A stretch of DNA of 64,000 nt from Candidatus Latescibacterota bacterium (GTDB lineage: Bacteria > Latescibacterota > UBA2968 > GCA-2709665). Both the position numbers and the translations under genes were made by a program. How positions within the stretch are numbered: the stretch's first letter is position 1; each line of letters begins with the position of its first letter. The notes under the pieces are model-generated. The model saw only the letters and a program-made list of their open reading frames with translations. It did not search any database and was not told the DNA's origin. Below are positions 1-10,600 of this stretch, one piece after another. The DNA is taken from assembly GCA_965219455.1 (NCBI GenBank), contig OZ244744.1:2491587-2555586 (forward strand), given 5' to 3'.

Positions 1-714
1 CACAGCCGAGCCTGAACAGCTGGTGCCGATGGCGCCGATGACTCGCAGATCGTTAAGAATCTGCTCCGCCCCCATGCGTCCGCCCTCCGGGCCGCACATG
101 GCGTCGATCGGCGCGCCAAGGTCCACTTCGCGACTGTGGATCATTCCGTAGTCTTGAACTGCCAGTTCAGCAGCGTTTCGCGGCGGATCACCGAGCCACC
201 CCTCGACCGTATGCGTGAGCAACGAACGGATATGCACGGCCTCGCCTTCGCCAATCGTGACGACGCCGCGTACGGATGAACTCGCCACGCGCGCACTTTC
301 GCCAATGGGCAAGTCGAGCATTACATCGTAGTCACCGTTAATGGGTATGCTCGACCACGACCCCAAGACGCTTCCGTCCATCATTGCGCGCGCCCGATAG
401 TAACCGGTACCCTCAACTTCCACCCGCGCCAGGCCTTGCGCATCGGTTGTGCCCGACCATTTGAAATCGGCCGCCCGACCCGATACCGAACGCGCGAACG
501 CCACGGTGACGCCGCTTAAGGGCGTCTCACCCTCCAGGACGCGGGCAACGACCACGGCCTGCGACATATTCCCATTGACAGCCAGTTTGCCCAGCGGCTG
601 TCCTATCGTATCCTCCTCCGGTACCATCGACGTCGTTATGCGTTCGCTGCCGCATCCCCAGGTCAAGCCTGCGGAAAGCGCCAACAAGAACACGTTGCGA
701 AAACTTCCAAACAT
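1..714 (-). CDS. Type-1 periplasmic binding protein (LivK/amide-binding-like) lipoprotein, N-terminal part only; the C-terminus lies beyond the window start
   Basis: Absent from the ORF track because it runs off the edge. My translation of the minus strand from the ATG at 712-714 gives MFGSFRNVFLLALSAGLTWGCGSE (lipobox), then a beta-sandwich-like stretch (VVVARVLEGETPLSGVTVAF...DAQGLARVEVEG), then ...VIGAIGTSCSGSA, typical of a PBP1 N-lobe. The complement of GGGAGGG lies at 721-727 as an SD. Confidence 0.6.
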   Translation of the reverse strand, partial: MFGSFRNVFLLALSAGLTWGCGSERITTSMVPEEDTIGQPLGKLAVNGNMSQAVVVARVLEGETPLSGVTVAFARSVSGRAADFKWSGTTDAQGLARVEVEGTGYYRARAMMDGSVLGSWSSIPINGDYDVMLDLPIGESARVASSSVRGVVTIGEGEAVHIRSLLTHTVEGWLGDPPRNAAELAVQDYGMIHSREVDLGAPIDAMCGPEGGRMGAEQILNDLRVIGAIGTSCSGSAV

Positions 715-1631
715 AGCGAACCCTCCCAATGTTTCGGATTCCCAGCGAAAAAGAACCAGAAAGCCGTGAGCAACGCGCGCAAAAAACGCGCCCGTCTCAA
801 TTGGCCCCTGACTCGTGAACATATATATAATGAAGACTACGAACTAAACAACGAACCTCCCGGCTTCAGCGTTCGAATGAGCCGACCTGCTTATACTTAA
901 TATAGAATATAAGTCCATTTTGCATGTACACAAGGGCATATCTGGATTTCTTTTCCAAAAAAAAACGACAATGTCCCGGGTGAATTCAAGTGCGCATGCG
1001 ATTCATCGCGTTCCATATCCGGGTATCGACCATTACCGCCTCGAAAATTCTCCCCGGCACCGGCATGTATACGTGCCATGAAGGTAATTTCCGGCCCCGC
1101 GACGGCTTATGAAGTACCGGGTAAAATGAAGCGGGTCTGGTGAGACCCTATAGGGTCTTCCTATATGGAAATTCAATCCAAAGCCTCTAAATAAGAGGAC
1201 CAACTCGTTCCTGATGAACGGGCAGGGCACAATGTGGGAGCCCGGCGGAGTTCTCGGAGATCAAGACCGGGTTGCAACATGCAAACCCGGTACGGAGAAA
1301 AAGCCCATGTGGAAGAAAATCTGCAACTACATATTTCTTAATATATTATAGGAAGGATCGTAATAAGTCAATGGTGGAATTTTGCCCAAATGTCGTATTT
1401 TGCTACATATAGATTGGGCGACGACGTGAAACCGCCGCCACCCACAGTTGAATGGGGACCATATTTTCATCCTGAATTATAACTCGAACGGAATGGCAGG
1501 GCTTTGAGCCATCCAGCCGGCCGCACGGGGTCGACTACGTGTCGGTAACGCCACGATTAGCAGTCCGTCCCTCTCAGGCCAATATCGGATCGCGGTTGAC
1601 TTCGTTTCGTGCTCATGTACGAATTGTCACA

Positions 1632-4600
1632 ATGAAACGCCATTTGAAATCATCCACACTTGCGCTCGGTGTCGCCGGCCTGCTGTCCCTGGCGCTATTC
1701 ATCTTCCCGTGGTCGCCATCCACGCAGCCCGGCGGCTTTTCCCTCGCCCTGGACCTGGATGATGCCGATGGCAACCAGGCCGTTTCCTCGCTCGACCTCT
1801 TACCCCATCAGCCTGTTTCCCTACAGATTTTCGCGAGGGATATTCAGAATGCCACCGGCATATCCATGCGCTTTGGATACGATACGACTCAGTTAATCCA
1901 CGAGGGATTCGATCCCGGCGAGGTTCTGCCGAACGTCCATGCCATCGTACAACAGGATTCCACGTCCATCCGCATCGGGGTTTCGTCGTTGAGTGGATCG
2001 GCAACGGGAAACGCCGGCTGGGTTGGCACGGTACGTTTCCGCACCACCGGGTCGTTTTCAGACACGGAGATCTGGTTGGTGAGCGCGGAACTTTCCCTGG
2101 ATGGACAGTCCGAGGTAATATCACCCGCTCTCGGGGTTGCGTTGCAGGTGGCCGCGCCCGCTTCCCCTGACTTCGACGGCAACGGGCTTGTGGGGTTTTC
2201 CGACTTTGTGGCCTTTGCAGGCGCCTTCGGGGCACAGCGGGGCGATGGGAAGTACGTGGAGGCGTACGATCTGAACAACGACGGCACGATCGCCTTCAAC
2301 GATTTCGTGATCTTCGCCACGAGTTTTGGCGAAGCGGCCAACCGGGCGCCCGCGTTCACCGCCGCGTCTCCGGTCACGCGCTCTGTGGAAGAGAATACCT
2401 CGGCGGGCCAACCCATCGGCGATCCCCTCACCGCTACCGACGCCGATGACGACTCCCTCACGTACCACCTGCGCGGCGTGTATGCAGACCGTTTTTCCAT
2501 CGGCGCCAGTACGGGTCAGCTTGTCACAAAGGAGGGGATCGCCTACGACCACGAAGCCAGGGACGCGTATTCCGTCACCGTGCGGGTTACCGACGGGCAG
2601 GGGGGCCGCGCCACCATTGTCCTTGGCATCGCCGTCACCGACGTGGACGAACCCCCTGGCGGGCCGCCTGCAGGCGTGGTGGTCGCGCCGCGCGACACCG
2701 CATTGACCGTGACCTGGAGTGCGGCGCCCGACGAGGCGGGCAAGCCCCCGGTGAGCGGGTATGAAGTGGCGCATCGGCCGGCGGATAGCGAGGAATGGCT
2801 GGAGGGACGCTTCCTTGGCAGCCGCGCGGACACCAGCGTCACGCTGACCGGCCTGGCCAACGAACAACCGTATCAGGTACGCGTGCGCACGCTCAACGAC
2901 GAGGGCACAAGCGATTGGTCGGAACCCGTTGTCGGCGCGCCCACGGTGGGGCCGAGAGCGTTAGGCATCATCGGCGATCAGTCGCTGATCCTGGGCCGCG
3001 ACCTGCGGGTGAACATAGCCAGCCTGTTCACCCGGCCGGCGCTCGGGACGTTGACGTACGGCGCGGCGTCGTCCAATGAAGCCATCGCCGCGGTCACTGT
3101 GTCGGACTCGATGGCGACGGTGCACGCCGTGGCCCTGGGGCGCGCGACCATCACCGCCACCGCCAGCGACGTGTACGGCAACACCGCGCAGACGACCTTC
3201 CCCGTTGTCGTGACCACGCCGCCACCGCCACCACCACCGCCCGGACCCGTCGGGCCCATTGGGCCATTCCGGCCGCCACCACCACCCCCGCCACCACCGC
3301 CGCCTGCCAACAATCGCACGCCGTCCTTCGACGACGGGGCCAACACGTCGCGCACCGTGCCCGAGAATACCCCGGCGCGACAGCCCATTCAGCATCCGGT
3401 GCGCGCCACCGATCCGGACGGACACCGGCTGACGTACAATCTCACCGGACCGGACTCCGCCAGCTTTGCCGTGGACGTGGGCAGCGGGCAGTTGCGCACC
3501 CTGTCGGGCATCACGTATGACTTTGAGGATAACGACCGTTATTCGGTTGAACTGGAAGCCGACGACCCCTACGGCGGCAACGCCACCATCGGTGTTGCCA
3601 TCCACGTAGCAGACGTGGACGAACCGCCCGACGTCCCCGACAGGCCGCAGGTACAGCCGGCATCGTCCACCAGCCTGACGGTGACCTGGACAGCGCCGAC
3701 CAACACCGGCCCCTTCATATTCGATTACGACGTACAATATCGGACGGGCAGCGGCAACTTCGATCCATGGCCGCACGACAACACCGGCACGACCACGACG
3801 ATAACGAACCTGGAGGTGAACAAGCGCTACGAGGTACAGGTGCGGGCGCACAACGACGAAGGCGAGAGCCTCTGGTCCCCTTCGGGCTTCGGGACCACCA
3901 GCGCCAATCTGCCGCCGGTGTTCGACGAGGGAGGAAGCACCACGCGCAGCCTCGGCGAGAACACACCGTCGGATCGAAACATCGGCGGCCCCGTCACGGC
4001 AACCGATCCTGAGGGTAGCGAAGTGAGTTACCGCTTCGACAGCGGGGATACGGAGGGTTTTGCCATCGACCCAAACACCGGTCAACTGAAGACCAGGACG
4101 GGTGTCACCTACGATTTCGAAACAAAGGATCGTTATACGGTGAGGGTAGAGGCGCAGGACGAACAGGGAGGACGCTCAACCATCTCCGTGTCCATTGAAG
4201 TCACCGACGACGACAACGAACGGCCGGAGACGCCCGACAAGCCGACGGTCACCGCCTCCACGTTGAACAGCCTTTCCATTCGATGGACGGCGCCGGCAAA
4301 CGCCGGGCCCAACATCAACGACTACGACGTGCAGTACAGTGAGGACGGCGGCGCCTTCACAGGCTGGCCGCACACGGGTCCAGGCACGACCACCACCATC
4401 ACCGGGTTGAAGGCCAACACGCCCTACCAGGTTCAGGTGCTGGCGCGCAGCGACGAAGGCGAGAGCCTCTGGTCCGAGTCCGTTGACGTGAGAACTGTCG
4501 CCAACCGGGCGCCGACGTTCAACGAGGGCACGCGAACAACGCGCAGTCTTGACGAGAATACCACGGGCACACACGACGTCGGCAACCCGATAACCGCAAG

Positions 4601-7600
4601 GGATACCGACGGTGGGACATTGAGCTACGACCTTGAAGGCACGGATCAGGCCTCTTTCGATCTCGACGGCAACCAGCTTCAGACCCAATCGGGCGAGACC
4701 TACGACTTTGAGGAGAAGCCCGGCTACGACGTGACGGTTCGCGTCGAGGACGGACAGGGCGGCAGCAACACCATTGAGGTCACGATCAATCTGACGGACC
4801 AGCAGGAAAAACCCGGGATCCCGGACGCGCCCGGCGTCTCGGCGGCCTCGTCCACAAGCCTTACTGCGACCTGGGATGGGCCCGCAAACACCGGCCCCGA
4901 CGTCAACGACTACGACGTGCAGTACCGGGAGGGCGACAGCGGCGGCTTCAGCTCGTGGACGCACAACGGCGCGGACCGCACCGCAACCATCACGGATCGG
5001 ACGCCGGGCACGACCCACCAGGTGCAGGTACTCGCGCGCAGTCCCGAGGGCACAAGCGATTGGTCCGAATCGGGCACGGGAAGCACCAGCCCCAATCAGC
5101 TGCCGATATTCACCGATGGATCCGGCGCCACGCGTGAATTGGCCGAGAACACCACCGGCGTAAAGGACGTCGGCGATCCGGTGGGCGCCACGGACTCCGA
5201 GAAGACCACGCTGACCTACGCGCTTGAAGGCACCCACGCGGATACCTTTTCTATCGACGCGCGCAGCGGGCAGATCCGCACCAGGACGGGGAAGACCTAC
5301 GACTACGAGGCCACGCCACGATTTTCCGTGGACGTAAGGGCAACCGACGGCCACGGCGGCGACAACAGCCTCCCCGTGTCCATCGACCTTACCGATCTGA
5401 ACGAAGTTCCCGTATTTCCCGGCGAGGCGACGCTCGAGGCAGCGGAGAACCAGTCCTTCGCAGGAACGGTCACCGCCGAGGACCTGGATCGCGACGACGC
5501 CATCACGAATTACACCATTACCGGAGGCAGCGACCGGGACCTGCTGGAGATAAGTAGCGGAGGCGCGTTGACCTTCAAGGATGACCCCGACTTCGAGAGT
5601 CCCACCGACGCCGGAAGGAACAACGGCTACGTCGTCGAGGTCACCGTAACCGGTGGATCCGGAGGCCGCGCGCTGACCGCCGAGCAGCACTTTACCGTCA
5701 CCGTCACGGACGAAAACGAACCGCCCCGTTTCACCAGTGTGGATACATTCGCGGTCAAGGAAAATGAGCTGCTGGCAGGCCGATTGGCCGCACAGGACGT
5801 GGACAGAGACGACGGGATCACGGGCTACGAGGTCAATGCCGGGCGTGACGGAGATCGGTTCGAGATCGAGAACACCAGGGAGTTGCACTTCAAGGATAAA
5901 CCTGACTTCGAGCGGCCGGCGGATTCCGGAGGGAACAACGAATACATCGTTGTGGTCGAGGTGACGGGCGGCGCGGACACCCGGGAGCGAAATGCAACGC
6001 AGACCATAACCGTCACGGTGGAGGACGACGTCGAGCCGCCGGGCGAACCGGACCCGCCCACGGTGAGCGACGAGACCGAAAGCAGCCTGACGGTGAGTTG
6101 GGACGAACCGGACAACCCCGGTCCCGCCATTACGAACTATTTTGTGCAATACCGCGAGAGCGGCGCGTTCATCGACTCGCCGGACAGTGGACTGACCCGG
6201 ACGCGCACGATCACCGGCCTGCGCTCGGGCCGAACCTACCAGATTCAGGTGCAGGCGAAGAACGATGAAGGCAAGGGACCGTGGTCCGGACGGGCGAACG
6301 GAACGACGCTCACCGCGCCCACCGTTTCAAGCGCCGCGTTCACCTCCACACCGGCCTCAGGACAGAACGGCGCCTACAAGAAGGACGACGTCATCGACGT
6401 GACCGCGACTTTCAACGAAGCGGTGACCGTCACCGGCGCGCCCCAGATCGACCTGACGATCGGTTCCACCCTGCGCAAGGCCGACTATAAAAGCGGCTCG
6501 ACCACAACCCAGCTTCTCTTCCAATATGCGGTGGCGGACACCGACGAGGACAAGGATGGCGCGACCATCAACGAAAACGGCCTGAAGCTGAACAACGGCC
6601 GCATCTACATCCTCGTGAACAGCACCACCGTCAACGCCGACCTGGCGCACGCGGCGCGCGCCAACCGGTCCAGCCACAAGGTGGATGGCGTCCCACCGGG
6701 GCTCACCGACACGGAGGTGAAAAGCGACGAGTTGGTGCTTACTTTCGGCGAGAGCCTCGACCGCGATCCCAGGCCGGCAACGGGCGACTTTTCGGTGACG
6801 GCGGACGACTCGACACTTGGCGTCACGGCAGTTACGATGCGCACCAGCGACGTGGCGCTCACCATCGACCCGGCCGTAACCCCCGGACAGACGGTCTCGC
6901 TGGCCTACACGCCGGGGACCAACCCGATCCGGGACCAGGCGCAGAACCCCGCCATCGCGCTCACAAACCTGACGGTTAGAAACAACACTCAGGACCAGAC
7001 CTTGAACGTCTGCGTCCGCACCCGGCAGGTGCGCGACGCGATTACGGATGCGGCAGGGGTAAGCACGTGCGGCGAGGTAACCGGGGACCATTTGTCGGCA
7101 ATCACCCGGCTCTCGCTGAGCGAGAAGAACATCTCAACGCTGAAGGCCAATGACTTTGCAGGGCTGACGGCTCTGGAGACACTCTTTTTGAGAGACAACC
7201 AGATCAGCAGTCTGCCGCAGGACCTCTTCTCCGCGCTGTCAGCGCTGGAAACGCTTTCCCTCCGTGACAACGATTTCGCAAGCCTCAACGCGAGTCTCTT
7301 TTCGAGTCTGTCAGACCTGAGAATCCTTTTGCTGGACGGCAACCAACTCGACAGCCTGCATACAGATCTGTTCTCCGAACTCTCGGCGCTGGAAGCCCTC
7401 GATCTGAATGGCAACGGACTCAGCAGTCTGCCGCAGAGTGTCTTCTCCAACCTTTCGGCGCTGAGAATCCTCGATCTGGACGGTAATAAACTCAGCAGCC
7501 TTGATGCGAGTGTCTTCTCCAGCCTCTCGGCGCTGGAAGGCCTCGATCTGGACGGCAACGAGCTCAGCAGTCTGGATGCGAGTGTCTTCTCCAACCTTTC

Positions 7601-10600
7601 GGCGCTGAGAATCCTCGACCTGAACGGCAACAAACTCAGCAGCCTGAATACAAATATCTTCTCCAGCCTCTCGGCGCTGGAAAGCCTCGACCTGGACGGC
7701 AACGGACTCAGCAGCCTGGATGCGAGTACCTTCTCCAACCTCTCGGCGCTGCAAGCGCTCGACCTGAGCAAGAACCAACTCAGCAGCCTGCCTCAGAACA
7801 TCTTTTCCGGTCTGTCATCGCTGCAGGCGCTCTATCTCAACGAACAGGAATCCGGTCACGAACTCGGCAGCCTGGACGCTGATATATTCTCCGGCCTCAC
7901 CGCGTTGACAACACTCCGGCTGGAACAAAACGATATCGGCAGCCTGGACGCGGGACTCTTCACCGGGTTGACCGACATGGAAACGCTCAGGCTGGACAAT
8001 AACAGCCTCAGCAGCCTGCCAGATGGAATCTTCTCCGGGCTTACTTCGCTGACTACGCTCAACCTTGAGGGCAACACGGTCGACCCCCTTCCCATTAACG
8101 TGTCCCTGGAACGGGTCGCGTTGGGTCAATTCAGGGCCAAAGCGAACACCGGCGCGCCCTTTGACATGGTTTTGGCCCTGCTGGTGACCAACGGCTCCAT
8201 CGACGGCGGCGGGAGCAGCATCGAAATCCCCCAGGGTGACGCGCAAAGCAGCACATATACGGTAACCCGCACGACCGGCATGTCCGCGGCGGTTACAGTC
8301 GACATAGGCACGTTTCCCGACCTTCCCGGAACCGACAACGGCTACGCGCTGGTCAAGTCCGACGACCTGCCGCTCGAAGTCATCCCGGGGCTGCCGGATG
8401 TGAATATATACCCGACGGCGCTATCCGTGGCCGTGGGCGACAGCAATACCTACACAATGGCCCTTAACTCCATGCCGACGATGGATGTCACGGTCACGGT
8501 GGACGTGCCGTCGGGTTCCGACGTTTCGGTGAACCCGATGGAACGCATGTTTGCTGCCGACACCTATGACATGTCGCAGACCGTGACGGTGATCGCAGAT
8601 ACTGCCGCAGTGGCAGATGCCATGGTCACGTTGAGCCACATGGTCAGCGGTGGCGACTATCAGAACGTCTCGGCAGACGACGTCGCCGTGACGATCATCG
8701 GCGCTACCACTGGCAACCAGTTGCCAACCTTCGTCAGCGACAGCAGGTACGACGTCAAGGAAAACGAAACCTCGGTGGCCACGGTCGCAGCCACGGACGG
8801 GGACGCGAGAGACTACGTCACCGGCTACGAGATTACCGGCGGCGCCCAGCAGGCGCAGTTCGAAATCACCGGCGATGGTGTATTGACCTTCGTGACCGCC
8901 CCCGACTTTGAGCGTCCCGCCGTGAGCAGCAATTCGTATGTCGTCACGGTCACAGCCACGAGCGGAATCGAAGACAGAGAGCGGACCGCCCGACAGACGA
9001 TCGTTGTCTCCGTAACGGACGATGACGAACCGCCGGGGCAGCCGCCCGCGCCCATATTGGATCTCTCATACGCGTCTTACCGCACGATCGGGGTGAGCCC
9101 CGGCCGGAGACCGCCCGCGAACACCGGCCCGGAAATCACCGCCTGGGATATCCAGTATCGTATCAGGAATACCGGCGATTTCAAAATCCACGATCCGGAT
9201 CCGGAGCCGGACTGGACGCAACCGGACTGGGAAACGGCAATCACGCGTCTGGACAGGGGCGCGACCTACGAGGTACAGGTGCGTGCGAAGAACGACGAAG
9301 GGGAGAGCGAGTGGTCTCCGTCGGCCGAAGCGCCGATTCCCAATCAGTCCCCGGTCGCGGACGGCTCCTTCGACGACCTGACGCTTCCGGTGGGAGGCGC
9401 CGTTGAGATCGTGTCCGCGGACGACGTGTTCGACGATCCCGACGATATCAGGTTGACGTATACGGCGGCGTCCAGCAACACGGCTGCGGCGTCGGTGAAG
9501 GTGATCGATACCGAAGGCCTGGTCGATCCCCTGTCGTCGGGCGGTGCGACGATTACGGTTACGGCGACCGATCCGTGGGGCGCAACCGTGTCGGAGTCGT
9601 TCAGCGTTATTGTCCGGACACCGACCCTGTCCGCGCCCACCCTGAGCATCAGCGGCAACCTGTTCACACTTGAATTCACGAACGACTTCGCCGCCAACGA
9701 AACCAGGGCCTACGAGGTCAGAATCCGGCAGAAGGAGCCGATCGGCAATTGGGCCAGGGGGTGTTTCACGATAACCAACGACGAGAATACCGCCAGGTCC
9801 GTTACGGTAACGGTTCAGGACCTGGTTTCCGATTTCTTCGTGCCCGGCAACACCTACGAGGCGGACTACGGATACCTCGGGACGGCCTGCGGCGGCAGCC
9901 TGGCGGACGTACGCTCCGCGGCTGCCGAGGCGTCCGTTCCCGGAACCCCCGCCTTCAATATCGACCTCATCTACGCCGGCGGCACACCGGCCCGGAGGGT
10001 TCAGCTGGCTCTTGACAATGCCGTGGCGCGTTGGGAGCGGATCATCGCCCAGGACATCCCCAACCACCGTCTGTCGGCCAACCGCCGCAATTTGCTGGAG
10101 AGGCTTTTTCCGGGAACCACCTCCCCCGAGGTTGTGGATGACCTGGTGGTCTACGTGGAAGTCGTTGAAATCGACGGACAAAGCGGCACGCTCGGACAGG
10201 CGGGGCGTCTCGTTTGGCGCGTCCCGTCCTCCCTCCCGATCGCAGCCTTCATCGAACTCGACCGGGACGACCTGAGGACCATGTCTGACAATAAGTTGAC
10301 ACCTCTCGTTCTGCACGAGATAGGCCACACGTTGGGATTCGGTCTCGCACCGTGGACGGATCACAACCTTTTGAAGAACCCCTCTCTCGATCAGAACGAC
10401 GACCCCATTGTTCCCGCCCCGGATACGCATTTCTCGGGTGCGAACGCGATTGCCGCGTTCAACGCCGCGGGCGGGTCCGGCTATACGGGCGCGAAAGTGC
10501 CCGTGGAAAACACGTGGGGCGGATCGGGCAGCCAGGACAGCCACTGGCGGGAATCCGTAATGCAGAGCGAACTGATGACGCCCAGGGTGGGCGAAGCCGT

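Noticed and set aside
7105-8095. A regular 72-nt tandem repeat that could superficially resemble a CRISPR array.
   Set aside because: The repeats are contiguous, with no unique spacers. They lie in frame inside a long ORF and encode canonical LRR units. No cas genes are nearby.
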